DNA of 64,000 bases from Planctomycetota bacterium (GTDB taxonomy: Bacteria > Planctomycetota > GCA-002687715 > DRQF01): assembly GCA_020639295.1 (NCBI GenBank), contig JACKGY010000007.1:39760-103759 (forward strand), read 5' to 3'. Positions 35,260 through 44,975 of the stretch are shown piece after piece; position 1 is the stretch's first letter, and the number at the start of each line of letters is the position of its first letter. The notes under the pieces are model-generated. The model worked only from the letters and a program-made list of their open reading frames with translations, ran no database searches and was not told where the DNA came from. A program made the position numbers and the translations under genes.

Positions 35260-37107
35260 TCAGTCGACCTTCAGGACCACCAGGTTGCTCACGGTGTAGA
35301 GCCCCGGGGCCTCCTCGAGCACGGCCTGGAAGGAAAGGTCCAGGGCGAAGGGAATCGAGAAGGCGCCCGAGGTCCATGGCGTCGGCGACGCCATCGTCAG
35401 CGGCGCGACCCCGTTGAACGAACCGATGCTCGAGGCCGCGGTGAAGAAGACCGGCTGCAGGTAGGGCGCGAGCGGCGCCGGCAGGAAGCTCATCGGGCCG
35501 ACCCCGAGCGGGACGTTGATCACCTGCTCGATCTCGGCCTCCGCCAGCATGCCGAAGATCGAGAAGTCGACGGCCGTGGCCAGATGCGGCGGCTGGGCGA
35601 CCGTGAACTGCAGGCTCGAGCCGACCCCGGCCCGGACCTCGCGCAGGGCGTTGCCGGTCGTGCCGTTCAGGAGCAGGACGTCATGGGGGCCGCCCGACCC
35701 GGCGCCGACCGTGCCGTCGGCCGCCGGGTGAACCGCGCCCTCACGAGCTTCGATCGCGCCGATGTCGACCTGGGCTCCGCGGATTCGCGGCCGACCGAAG
35801 AGATCGTCGGTCGAAACGCCGGTGCCGAGGAGGTAGCCGGGCACGGCGGTCGTTCCGGCGTCGAGGCAGGGCGAGCCGCTCGCGAGCCTGAGGTCGCCGC
35901 CGGGCCCGTCGACGAGGAGCGGGTCGGCGACGATGCAGGCGGTCGAACCGACCTGGGCGACGTCGAGGCAGCAGTTCCGGAGGGGATTGGGATTGGCCGC
36001 ATCGACCTGGGCATTGGCCGGCACGGTTCCGTCCTGGCGCGGGTTGTCGTGCAGGATCGAGTTCCCCAGCTCATAGCTGCCCATCCGGACCAGGGCGGTC
36101 GCCTGGTTGTGCATCTGGTTGTGGATCAGGCTGCAGTTGCGGAAGCCGCCCGCGGGCAGCCCGGCCTGGGTCACGACCTGGAAGAAGGAGGCGTAGTCGA
36201 CGTTGCCCTCGATCGCGAGTTCGGAGAAGTCGCAGAAGGGCGCGACGCCGCTGCCCGCGTCGGCGAGGTAGCAGCCGAACATCGCCGGCAACGAGTTCGG
36301 GAAGACGGGCAGGCAGCCGTTGTGGTGGATCCGGCAACCGTGGAGTACCCCGCTCTGGAAGAACGTCGCGATCGCGCCGCGGGTGACGTTGTGATCGATC
36401 TCGACCTCGTTCAGCACGAGCTCGAGCAACGGGTTCGGAATGATGCTCGAGTCGATGACGCCCCAGTGGATCAGGTTGTAGACGTCGTTGTCGTGGATCC
36501 GGCAGCCGCTCAGGGTCATGCGACCGAAGCGGCCATGGATGAGGGACGGCGGATCGGCGGGCGGCAGGAGCTCGCCGCTACAGTTGTCGATCTCGACCCG
36601 CTCGAAGACGGGCGCCGCCCCGGGGCTGCCGAGGAAGGCGATGGCGCTGCCGAATTCGGCGTAGCAGCCGGTGATCCGACAGTCCCGGATGGTGGGGCTC
36701 GCCGGGCCGTTGTTCGACTCGATCAGGATGCCGCCGCCGCACTCGGCCCAGTAGAAGTTGAGACCCAGGTCGACCAGCAGGAGGGGGCCGTAGCCGTTCT
36801 GGAAGGTGATGCCCTCGATCACCGCGGCCGCGGTCAGCGGCACGTCGATGTGGAGGCAGGGGCCGTCGTTCGTGCCGTCGATGATGGTCTGCCCGACGCC
36901 GGCGCCGACCAGCTTGATGTCGCCGGCGAGCCAGAAGACGTGCTCCTGATAGGTCCCCGGCCCGATCGCGACCGTGTCGCCGGGTGCCGCCGCGGAAACC
37001 GCGGACTGGATCGTGGGGTAGGAAGCCGAGGGGACGGTGAGGGTCGTCTGCGCCTGGACCGCGAGGGCCAGAAGGCCGACGAACAGGGTGGTCAACGTGG
37101 TTCTCAT
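35260..37107 (-). CDS. Secreted right-handed parallel beta-helix repeat protein (pectate-lyase-like fold), Cys-rich.
   Basis: The signal peptide is MRTTLTTLFVGLLALAVQAQT. Parallel beta-helix turn motifs (..GCRIHDN.., ..GCRIHHNG.., ..NCSLIHNQ..) recur. Confidence 0.7.
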   Translation of the reverse strand: MRTTLTTLFVGLLALAVQAQTTLTVPSASYPTIQSAVSAAAPGDTVAIGPGTYQEHVFWLAGDIKLVGAGVGQTIIDGTNDGPCLHIDVPLTAAAVIEGITFQNGYGPLLLVDLGLNFYWAECGGGILIESNNGPASPTIRDCRITGCYAEFGSAIAFLGSPGAAPVFERVEIDNCSGELLPPADPPSLIHGRFGRMTLSGCRIHDNDVYNLIHWGVIDSSIIPNPLLELVLNEVEIDHNVTRGAIATFFQSGVLHGCRIHHNGCLPVFPNSLPAMFGCYLADAGSGVAPFCDFSELAIEGNVDYASFFQVVTQAGLPAGGFRNCSLIHNQMHNQATALVRMGSYELGNSILHDNPRQDGTVPANAQVDAANPNPLRNCCLDVAQVGSTACIVADPLLVDGPGGDLRLASGSPCLDAGTTAVPGYLLGTGVSTDDLFGRPRIRGAQVDIGAIEAREGAVHPAADGTVGAGSGGPHDVLLLNGTTGNALREVRAGVGSSLQFTVAQPPHLATAVDFSIFGMLAEAEIEQVINVPLGVGPMSFLPAPLAPYLQPVFFTAASSIGSFNGVAPLTMASPTPWTSGAFSIPFALDLSFQAVLEEAPGLYTVSNLVVLKVD

Positions 37108-37276
37108 GGGTTCTCTCTTTCGCCTGAATGGGCTCCGGTCGCCTAACCGGATGCGACCACCCTACCACTCGAGGACCGAAGGCGAAGCGAGATCCGGTTT
37201 GAGCCCCGGTCGTGGGCCCGACCCGGGCACCCGCCGAGCGCGGAGGCGGTGCGCCAGGCGGACCGCCGTTGGAACC

Positions 37277-38521
37277 TCAGACGCCCTCTTCCCGCGTCTG
37301 CTCGCGGGGCCCGATCTCGCTCTCGTCCGGGTGGGTCTCCGGGGCCGGAGCCCGCGGAATCGGCGGCTGGCGGTCGATCGTCCAGCCGTCCCGCCCCGCC
37401 TGCTTGGTCCGATAGAGTGCCCGATCGGCCCTGGCGATCAGGTCGTCGAGGCTCTCCTCGCCGCCATGGTGGACCGCGCCGCCGAGGCTGATGGTGACCG
37501 GGTGCAGGTGATCGCCGAGATCGAAGGGCTCACGGAAGGCGCCGGCGAGGCGCGCGGCGATGCGGTCGGCCTCGGCCTCGTCGGCGGCGGGCAGCACCAG
37601 CAGGAACTCGTCGCCACCGTAGCGACCGACCGAGTCGTAGATCCGGACGTTGCGGCGCAAACGCAGGGCGCACTCGCGGATGACCGCGTCGCCGGCGGCG
37701 TGGCCCCAGCCGTCGTTGATCTCCTTGAACTGGTCGAGGTCGACCAGGATCACCGCCAGGCTGTGCTCGCGCCGCATCGCCCGGGCCAGCTCGCGTTCGG
37801 CGACCTGGAAGATCGCGCCCCGGTTCAGGCCCTGGCTCAGGTGGTCGTGGGTCGCGCGATAGTGCAGGGCGGCGAGCTTCTCCTTGGCGCGGTTGGTGCG
37901 CTCCATGAGCAGCAGGGTCGCGGTCGACAGCACGAGCGCGCCCACGACCAGGAGGGTGAGGAGGTCGAACTGCGTATCGAGGAGGTCGGCGGTCTCGAGT
38001 TCCTCCTGCCGCAGGCTCTTGATCAGCTGGTCGATCTCGGCCAGGAGCACCGCCGGGCGCTCCCGCCCGCCCTCCTCCTGGCGCCGCGACTCGAGGGCGC
38101 CGATCGCGGCGCCGACCGTGTCGTGATTGAAGCTGTGTTCGCGGCGCGACTCGCTCAGGCGGCCGACCTGGTCGAGGACGCGGGCGCGCTCGTCGTCGAG
38201 GACGGTCGCGTCGTCGAGGAAGGCGGCCGCGGCGATGCGCGCGCGCAGGTCGATGAGGATGGTCTGGTCGCCGGCCTTGGTCTGGAGTTCGCGGCGCAGC
38301 GGACCGAGCTGCCAGACCACCGCGACGCAGGCGATGCCGAAGACGATGATGGTGCAGACGACCGCCAGGCGGGCGACCAGGAGCTGGCGCGGCAGCGGCA
38401 GACGCTCGGGCAGGCGAGCGCGGATCTGGTCCCAGGCGCGCGCCGAACGCAGGCGACCGGAGAGCCAGGCCAGGACCCGACCGCTTCTGGGCTCGTCTTG
38501 TTCGGCTGGGCTCTTCACCAT
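37277..38521 (-). CDS. GGDEF-domain diguanylate cyclase with an N-terminal membrane/coiled-coil sensor region.
   Basis: The motifs ..LAVILVDLDQFKEINDGWGHAAGD.. and ..RYGGDEFLLVLP.. (GGDEF) are present. Confidence 0.85.
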   Translation of the reverse strand: MVKSPAEQDEPRSGRVLAWLSGRLRSARAWDQIRARLPERLPLPRQLLVARLAVVCTIIVFGIACVAVVWQLGPLRRELQTKAGDQTILIDLRARIAAAAFLDDATVLDDERARVLDQVGRLSESRREHSFNHDTVGAAIGALESRRQEEGGRERPAVLLAEIDQLIKSLRQEELETADLLDTQFDLLTLLVVGALVLSTATLLLMERTNRAKEKLAALHYRATHDHLSQGLNRGAIFQVAERELARAMRREHSLAVILVDLDQFKEINDGWGHAAGDAVIRECALRLRRNVRIYDSVGRYGGDEFLLVLPAADEAEADRIAARLAGAFREPFDLGDHLHPVTISLGGAVHHGGEESLDDLIARADRALYRTKQAGRDGWTIDRQPPIPRAPAPETHPDESEIGPREQTREEGV

Positions 38522-38636
38522 GACGTCCGCGTGACTGCCGGCTTCGACCCGACGATCCGGGACTTGGCCTCCGGTTCAAGATACGTGGCGCGGGGGTCAG
38601 GACGGGGGGAGGTTCTCACCCGAATCCGCTCCGGGC

Positions 38637-40793
38637 TCAGCGGTCGCGGGGCGGGACCAGGCGGACACCGGCAGCGCTCCTGGCCGGACCTTCGACCCAG
38701 TAGATCCGCCGGTCCTTCATCCGCCGCATCAGCTCGAAATCGGCCGCCAGCCCGCGATCGCGGGCGAAGACGGTGCTGCCGCGGCCGAGCCAGGGGTCGT
38801 TGAGGATGAAGGCGCAGCCGTAGTCGATCTCCTCGGGGCTGTCCACGAAGACGAGGCCGCCGCGGATCTCGGGATGCTCCTCCAGCAGGCGGCGGTAGCC
38901 GGCGTGGAAGCCCCGATAGTCGAGATAGCGGCCGCAGATCCGCCAGCCGCCGAAGACCGGCACGATCAGGACCAGGAGGAAGGCGAGGACGACGCCGAGC
39001 CGCGCCGGGTCGGTCTCGCGGCCGAGCCGCTCCAGGCCGCGCAGGCTGAGGATCACCAGGGGCAGGATCATCGAGAACCAGTAACGCGGGCCGAAGTCCG
39101 GACCGCCGCTGAACCAGTACAGGTTGTAGCCGACCAGCAGCAGGAGGAGCAGCGCCAGGAGCAGCCGGCTCAGGCGATCGAGGCGCCCGCGCGCGACCAG
39201 GAAGGCCAGCAGCGCCAGCGAGCCGATCGGCCAGCCGAACAGCTCCAGCTGGAGGTTGGCCAGGTTCTGGTTGCTGTTGAGCAGGACGTCGCGCCAGCCG
39301 TGGCCGGGGATCGGATCGAGAGGCCCCCAGCGCTGGGGCGGATTGCCGACCTCGGGGCCGAAACCGAGCCGGTTCGTGCTCCCCGGCCAGAGTTCGGCGA
39401 TGTAGGCGTTGATCGGCGGCTCGAGCCAGTGGCCGGTGAGCGCCCGGGAGAACATCAGCAGCACGGACGAGACGGCCAGGGCGCCGAGGGCGAAGGCCAC
39501 GAGGACCGCGAATCGCGGCTGCCGCTCACGCCACCACCCGACCAGGAGGATGGCGCCGCCGACGAAGCCGAGCAGCAGGCCGTCGAGCGGTCGGATCAGG
39601 AACACGAACCCGAAGGCCGCGCCGCTGGCGAAGCCCTGGTCGGCGCGCCCGGCCCGACGGGCGTCGATCGCCAGCACCGCGCCCAGGGTGGCGAAGAACT
39701 GGGTCGCCAGGTGGGTCATCAGCGAGGCCGAGAGGAAGAGGAACCAGGGCGAGCAGGCCAGGAGGATCACGCCCAGATCGGCCCACCGCCGATCGAGCAG
39801 GCGGCGCATCAGGGCGTGACTGGCCAGGATCGTGAGGCCGCCGAGGACCGGATTCACCAGCCAGGCGCAGCCGAGCTTGACCCCGAGCGCCAGGAGGAGC
39901 GGGAAGCCGGGGTTGGTGACCGCGTACCACTGCCCGCCGCGGACGTCCATCAGGTAGACCTGGAAGGCCTCGGGCACCGGTGGCGCCGGGGCGGCGAAGC
40001 TGCCGCCGGCGATGGTCTTGGCCTGGAACAGATAGGCGAGGCCGTCGGGCACGTGGGGCACGCGGTCGAACACGAACCAGGAGATCAGCGCGGCCACCGT
40101 GGTGACGAACAGCGCGGCGAGGATCGGCAGGCGCCGACGCAGGAAACCCGGCAGGCCCTGCCCCGCCTCGGCCCGATCGAGAACGGCCCGGAACCGGGCC
40201 ACGAAACCGGGGTCGAGCCGAGCACCGAGCAAGAGCAGGTTGCCGAAGGCGGCCAGCGCGATCAGCGCGACCGCGACCAGCTGCAGGACGAAGAAGATCA
40301 GGAAGCGGGGCTCGTCCCGATGCGGATAGACGATGGTCGCATGGGCACCGGAGACGAGGAGGAAGAGGCCGAACACGAGGAGGAGCCGGCGGTCGACCCG
40401 CGCCCGCAACGCGGCTCGCAACGCCCGGTCGCGAACGAGCAGGACGGCCACGACCAGGCCCTGGAGCGCCAGCATGGCCAGCCCGACCGCGGCCTCGCCG
40501 CGCGCCAGCTCGTGGGGTCGCAGGTAGACGTGATGCAGCCAGGTCGGCCGGATCAGCGCGCAGGCGCCGCCGCCGGCCAGCACCAGGAGCGAGGCGAGCC
40601 CGGCGGCCACGCCGCCCAGCCGGTGCGCGACGACCTGGGGCAGGAGCGCGAGGGCGAGCACCACCAGCCAGAAGGCCTCGAGGGAGCGCCCGCCGCCGGG
40701 TTGCGGCGTGGTCGGCACGCGGAAGGCGGCGACCAGGAGCGCCAGGGCGACCAGCAGGAGCACGGATCCCTGGAGACGGCGGAGGAAGCTCAC
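38637..40793 (-). CDS. Large polytopic membrane protein, GT-C fold glycosyltransferase-like.
   Basis: The protein is 718 aa with about 14 hydrophobic segments. It is the last gene of a four-gene coupled operon, with a 4-bp overlap to the upstream GMC oxidoreductase gene. Confidence 0.6.
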   Translation of the reverse strand: MSFLRRLQGSVLLLVALALLVAAFRVPTTPQPGGGRSLEAFWLVVLALALLPQVVAHRLGGVAAGLASLLVLAGGGACALIRPTWLHHVYLRPHELARGEAAVGLAMLALQGLVVAVLLVRDRALRAALRARVDRRLLLVFGLFLLVSGAHATIVYPHRDEPRFLIFFVLQLVAVALIALAAFGNLLLLGARLDPGFVARFRAVLDRAEAGQGLPGFLRRRLPILAALFVTTVAALISWFVFDRVPHVPDGLAYLFQAKTIAGGSFAAPAPPVPEAFQVYLMDVRGGQWYAVTNPGFPLLLALGVKLGCAWLVNPVLGGLTILASHALMRRLLDRRWADLGVILLACSPWFLFLSASLMTHLATQFFATLGAVLAIDARRAGRADQGFASGAAFGFVFLIRPLDGLLLGFVGGAILLVGWWRERQPRFAVLVAFALGALAVSSVLLMFSRALTGHWLEPPINAYIAELWPGSTNRLGFGPEVGNPPQRWGPLDPIPGHGWRDVLLNSNQNLANLQLELFGWPIGSLALLAFLVARGRLDRLSRLLLALLLLLLVGYNLYWFSGGPDFGPRYWFSMILPLVILSLRGLERLGRETDPARLGVVLAFLLVLIVPVFGGWRICGRYLDYRGFHAGYRRLLEEHPEIRGGLVFVDSPEEIDYGCAFILNDPWLGRGSTVFARDRGLAADFELMRRMKDRRIYWVEGPARSAAGVRLVPPRDR

Positions 40794-42406
40794 GCGAGGA
40801 AGCTCCGCTCGGCCACCCGGCGGGCGTTGGCCATCAGGCTGAAGGTCAGGTTCTTGGCCGGCAGGGTCGGGAAGCCGCTGCCGTCGACGACCCAGAGATT
40901 GGCGAAGCGACGGCTCCGCCCCTCGGGATCGAGACTGTCCTCGGGCCCCTCGGCGCGCATCGGCAGGCTGCCGGCGTAGTGGACGCTGGCGCCCATCGGC
41001 CGGAGGTGGCTCATGCCCTTCGGCGCCAGGGCGCCGAGCAGGCGCAGGATCTTGCGGAACCGCCCGGCGACGCGGGCCACGCGTTCGTCCTCGCCCGGCT
41101 CCGGCCGGTAGTCGATCACGAGGCGCGCCGGCCCGCCATCGCCGGCGTCCTCGAGGGCCAGGCGGTTCTCCGGTCGCGGCGAGTCGGAGAAGTTGACGTT
41201 GAGCAGGCCGAGCGCGGCGTGCATCTCGCCGAAGAAGCGGGTGGCGATGCCCATCGAGAAGGGCAGGCTCTGCACCACCGGATGCAGCATGGCCGTCTTC
41301 AGGGTGGTCACCAGGCCGTGCACGTAGTCCATGGGCCCACCCAGGTCGAGGCCCATCGCCAGCTGGTGATACTGGTAGCTGCGCGCCTCGTAGCGGCGAC
41401 CGAGCATGCCGAGGTTGACGAAGGGCATCAGGAACTGACGGTTGTCCATCAGCCCGCCCAGCTCGACCGCGCCCGCGCCCTCGGCCCGCAGGCTGGCGAG
41501 ATAGATGCGCGAGGAGGCCAGGGTGCCGGCGGCCAGAACCAGCTCGTCGCAGTCGATCGCCAGCTCGCGGCCCTTCTGGTCGCGGGCGATGACGCGCTCG
41601 ACGCGCCCACCCGGCCCGGGCACGAAGCGCTCGACGAAGTGACCCGGCCGGTAGTCGAAGCCCGGCCGCCCGATCAGGGCGTCGAGGCCGAGCGAGGGCA
41701 CGTAGAGCGCGCCTCGCGGGCAGCCCCAGAGGCAGCGACCGAGACGATCGCAGGCGCGGCGCTCGCCACGGTCCTCGGTGAGGACCGCCAGGCGCGCCCG
41801 GCCCATGACGAAGCCGAGCCCGGCCAGGGCCTCCTTCTTGCGCTCGTAGGCGGCGAGCAGCCGGAGTCCGTGCTGGTCGAGCTCGACCGGCTCGAGCAGC
41901 CCCTCGTGCAGCGGCATGATCCGGGCCAGGTCGTCGGCCGCGCCGGTGATGCCGATCTCACGGGCGACCGCCGAGTACCGGGGCAGGAGCTGATCGAGGC
42001 CGAAGGGCCAGCCCGCCAGCTCGCCCTCGTTGAAGGGATAGCTGCCACCGGTCCAGGCCTCGGCGAGGCCACCGGCGGCGAAGGAGAACAGCGGCGCGAA
42101 GCCGCGCGCCTTCCAGGGCAGGCCCTCGTGGCCGGCGAAGACGTGGCCCTTCTCGGGCGGGAAGCCGTAGTACTCCTCGCCCTCCTCTTCCGGCAGGATC
42201 AGGGCCTCGTCCGCGGGACCGATGAAGTAGGCGAAGGGATCGTCGAGCCGGCGCTTCAGCTCGGGCAGGTCGGCATCCGGAAAGGCCGGCCGGGGACCGC
42301 GCCGCCCCACGTCCAGCATGGTCACCGGCCGCCCGGCGGCCACCAGGCGGGCCGCGAAGGCGACGCCGCTGGCGCCGGAGCCGATCACCAGCACGCCGCC
42401 GCTCAC
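40790..42406 (-). CDS. GMC family (glucose-methanol-choline) FAD-dependent oxidoreductase.
   Basis: The N-terminal FAD motif is ..VLVIGSGASGVAFAARL... The C-terminal ..ANLWVVDGSGFPT.. is the GMC signature. The GTG start is at 42406 with a GGAGG Shine-Dalgarno 6 nt upstream. The GTGA overlaps the upstream small ORF. Confidence 0.8.
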   Translation of the reverse strand: MSGGVLVIGSGASGVAFAARLVAAGRPVTMLDVGRRGPRPAFPDADLPELKRRLDDPFAYFIGPADEALILPEEEGEEYYGFPPEKGHVFAGHEGLPWKARGFAPLFSFAAGGLAEAWTGGSYPFNEGELAGWPFGLDQLLPRYSAVAREIGITGAADDLARIMPLHEGLLEPVELDQHGLRLLAAYERKKEALAGLGFVMGRARLAVLTEDRGERRACDRLGRCLWGCPRGALYVPSLGLDALIGRPGFDYRPGHFVERFVPGPGGRVERVIARDQKGRELAIDCDELVLAAGTLASSRIYLASLRAEGAGAVELGGLMDNRQFLMPFVNLGMLGRRYEARSYQYHQLAMGLDLGGPMDYVHGLVTTLKTAMLHPVVQSLPFSMGIATRFFGEMHAALGLLNVNFSDSPRPENRLALEDAGDGGPARLVIDYRPEPGEDERVARVAGRFRKILRLLGALAPKGMSHLRPMGASVHYAGSLPMRAEGPEDSLDPEGRSRRFANLWVVDGSGFPTLPAKNLTFSLMANARRVAERSFLA

Positions 42407-42828
42407 GACCGACCTCCGAAGAACCGGGCCGGGGCGAAGAACGGCAGCGCCAGCAGGAGGCAGACGACCTCGGCGCAACCCCAGAGGACGAGCCGCGGCC
42501 AGGCGGCGAGCGGGCCGCCGTCGGCACAGCGCTCCACCCGCGCCATGGTCTCGGGTCGACACTCGAGCAGCGCCAGCATGATCACCTCGCGCCGACGCAG
42601 CGGCCCGTGCCGATCCCAGCGCGCCGCCCAGGCCGAGGCGATGCGGGCACCGAGGCTCCCCGCCCGCAGGAAGGCGAGCTGGAGCCGGCGATCGCGACGC
42701 CGGGGACGGCCCTCGCGGGCATCGAGCCGCCGATAGCGTTCGAGCAGGAAATCGATCGGACCATCGTGGCCGAGGACCCGGGCCAGGACCCGGGCCTCGC
42801 GCGCGACCGGATCGCCGGCGGCGCTCAC
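42403..42828 (-). CDS. Small hypothetical protein (141 aa) with a C-terminal transmembrane anchor.
   Basis: The GTG start overlaps the stop of the upstream epimerase (GTGA) and is preceded by GGGAG. GC3 is high. The C-terminal hydrophobic segment is LAAWPRLVLWGCAEVVCLLLALPFF. It is the in-frame tail of the spurious track ORF 42403..44685. Confidence 0.45.
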   Translation of the reverse strand: MSAAGDPVAREARVLARVLGHDGPIDFLLERYRRLDAREGRPRRRDRRLQLAFLRAGSLGARIASAWAARWDRHGPLRRREVIMLALLECRPETMARVERCADGGPLAAWPRLVLWGCAEVVCLLLALPFFAPARFFGGRS

Positions 42829-43700
42829 GGGTCGACTCCCTCGGTCGGCGCCGCGCCGAGCAGCAGCGCGCAGGGATCGCCGGGCTCGGGCGCGACGTCG
42901 TTGGCGAAGCTGGCCAGCTGGCCGGCGGTGAGCGGCAGGAGCGGCCGGAGCAGCGGTTCGACCAGGCGCAGGAGCGCCCGGGTCGGCGCCAGCGGCCAGG
43001 AGATCATCGGTCGCTCGCGGCCGAGCCGCTCGCGGGCCAGGCGACGCAGGAGTTCCCGCATGGTCATGCTCTCGGTCCCGGCGACGGTGAGGCAACGGCC
43101 GGCGAAGTCCTGGTCCAGGAGTCGATCGAGGAGTCGGGCCAGGTCGTCCACGGCCACCGGCTGGACCCGGTTCCGGCCGCCGCCGAAGAGGGGCACCACC
43201 GGCAGGGTCGCCAGCCGGGCGAGACCCTCCAGAACCGGCGAGCCGGCGCCGAAGATCATGGTCGGCCGGACGATCAGGGCGTCCAGGCCCGAGGTCCGGA
43301 GCCGACGCTCGGCCGCCTCCTTGGCCTCGGCGTAGGGGTAGCCGGGCCGGTCCTGGAAGGCGACCGCGATGCTGCTGAGCAGGAGGAAGCGACTGGCCTT
43401 GGCGGCGCGGGTCGCCTCGATCAGTCGCGCCGTGCCCCGGTCGTTGACCTCGAGGTGCCGGGCCCGCGAGGCCTTGCCGGTGAGGGCGGCCAGGTGGAGC
43501 ACGGTCGTGTCCGGCTCGATCGCGCGGGTCCAGTCGCCGTCCTCGAGCAGGTCGCCCCGGACGGCGCGGACCCCGCCGGGCAGGGCGATCTCGGCCCGCA
43601 CCAGGGCGGTGACCCGGCGGAAGCGCCCGAGGTCGGCGAGGTCGAGGAAGCGACGCCCGAGGAAACCCCCGGCGCCGGTGATGAAGAGTGACGAGGTCAT
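42825..43700 (-). CDS. NAD-dependent epimerase/dehydratase family protein (SDR).
   Basis: The Rossmann motif is ..SLFITGAGGFLGRRF.., and ..YAEAKEAAE.. is the Yx3K motif. The start is set at MTSSLF. Confidence 0.75.
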   Translation of the reverse strand: MTSSLFITGAGGFLGRRFLDLADLGRFRRVTALVRAEIALPGGVRAVRGDLLEDGDWTRAIEPDTTVLHLAALTGKASRARHLEVNDRGTARLIEATRAAKASRFLLLSSIAVAFQDRPGYPYAEAKEAAERRLRTSGLDALIVRPTMIFGAGSPVLEGLARLATLPVVPLFGGGRNRVQPVAVDDLARLLDRLLDQDFAGRCLTVAGTESMTMRELLRRLARERLGRERPMISWPLAPTRALLRLVEPLLRPLLPLTAGQLASFANDVAPEPGDPCALLLGAAPTEGVDP

Positions 43701-43806
43701 CGTGTTCCGGGCTGCACTCGATCCGTTGCTCCTGGCAGCCCCAGGGATAAGGGCAGCCTGCGTCGCCGTCAACGGCTATGATGCCGCGGTCCTGGGAGGG
43801 AACCCG

Positions 43807-44817
43807 ATGTCGTCCACGCTCACCGGCCGCGTCGTCCGCGCCGCGGCCCTGCTGCTCGTCACCCTGTTCGGCGCCTGCGCCGGCGTCGAGGAGGCGCCGC
43901 CGACGGAGGCCGAGGTCGTCGTCCGCTCGCCGCTCGCCGACGATCCGGCCTGGATCGAGCTGGATGCCCTGGCGGGACGCCACGGCTTCCGCCGCGTCGG
44001 CACCACCGGCGAGGGGCGCATCCGTCTGAGCCGGAACGACTGCGAGGTGCAGATCGACCCGCAGTCGCGCGTCTCCTTCTTCGCCGGTCAGCTGGTGCTG
44101 ATGAGCGAGCGGCCCCGCCAGGACGAGGGCGGCGTCTGGGTCGCGGCCGCGCTGGAGAAGGACTTCCAGGCCCTCGATCGGCCCGTGGCCAAGGTCGAGA
44201 CCCGACCGGAGCCGCCGGTCGTCGAGAAGCTCCCCACCGGTCGACTCGCCGGCCGGCATTTCGTCATCGACCCCGGTCACGGCGGCAAGGACGAGGGCGC
44301 GAGCAGCGGCGGAGTCAAGGAGAAGCACGTGGTCCTGGACGTCGCGCTGCAGCTCGGACGGCTGCTCGAAGAACGGGGCGCGAAGGTGACCTACACCCGC
44401 CGCGACGACCGCTTCATCGAGCTCGATGACCGGGCCGCCATCTCCAATCGCGCGCGTCCCGACGCCTTCGTCTCGATCCACGTCAACTCGGCCGGCAACC
44501 GCAACGCGCGCGGGGTCGAGGTCTACCGCGCCCAGCACCGCGGCGCCGGAGCCCGCGCCGACAAGATCAGCGGCTCCGCCAACCTCGCCCGCGCGATCGA
44601 GGCCAAGCTCGCCGAGGTCACGCCGGTGAAGGACCGCGGGGTCAAGGACTCGCCCGGCTACCGTGTCCTGAAGCTCAACGACCATCCGGCCGTCCTCCTC
44701 GAGCTGGGTTTCGTCACCAACGCCGAGGAGCGGGCGCGGCTCGGCAACGCCGCCTATCGGCGCCGCCTCGCCGAGGCCATCCTGCTCGGTCTGGAGACCT
44801 GGTCCGCGGGTCGCTGA
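43807..44817 (+). CDS. N-acetylmuramoyl-L-alanine amidase (Amidase_3, AmiC-like) lipoprotein.
   Basis: The lipobox is LVTLFGAC. The Amidase_3 core has ..FVIDPGHGGKDEGA.., ..RPDAFVSIHVNS.. and ..LLELGFVTNAEE... The RBS is GGGAGGG. Confidence 0.85.
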   Translation: MSSTLTGRVVRAAALLLVTLFGACAGVEEAPPTEAEVVVRSPLADDPAWIELDALAGRHGFRRVGTTGEGRIRLSRNDCEVQIDPQSRVSFFAGQLVLMSERPRQDEGGVWVAAALEKDFQALDRPVAKVETRPEPPVVEKLPTGRLAGRHFVIDPGHGGKDEGASSGGVKEKHVVLDVALQLGRLLEERGAKVTYTRRDDRFIELDDRAAISNRARPDAFVSIHVNSAGNRNARGVEVYRAQHRGAGARADKISGSANLARAIEAKLAEVTPVKDRGVKDSPGYRVLKLNDHPAVLLELGFVTNAEERARLGNAAYRRRLAEAILLGLETWSAGR

Positions 44818-44975
44818 ACGGAAAATCCGCTTCCTCGGTCACCGAAACGCTCGTCGTGACGCATCGCCCATGGCCGGCACGCCCGACGGCGGTGGCGGCC
44901 CGGTCCGACCTCGCTTGCGCGGGGGGGGCCGAGTGCTAACTTGATCGATTCCCCGAGCGACGAGGACCCCAGCAG

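Noticed and set aside
42829-44685. Upstream 620 codons of track ORF 42403..44685 (-).
   Set aside because: Low-complexity Arg/Pro/Gly-rich translation antisense to the amidase gene and out of frame with the SDR epimerase. Only the last 141 codons (42403..42828), which start at a GTG coupled to the epimerase stop and have high GC3, are kept as a candidate gene.
44921-44928. G8 homopolymer in the putative promoter spacer upstream of the ABC transporter gene, considered as a phase-variation tract.
   Set aside because: At 70% GC, G/C runs of 7-8 are expected many times by chance in 64 kb (for example the C7 at 6301). There is no evidence of length polymorphism from a single sequence.
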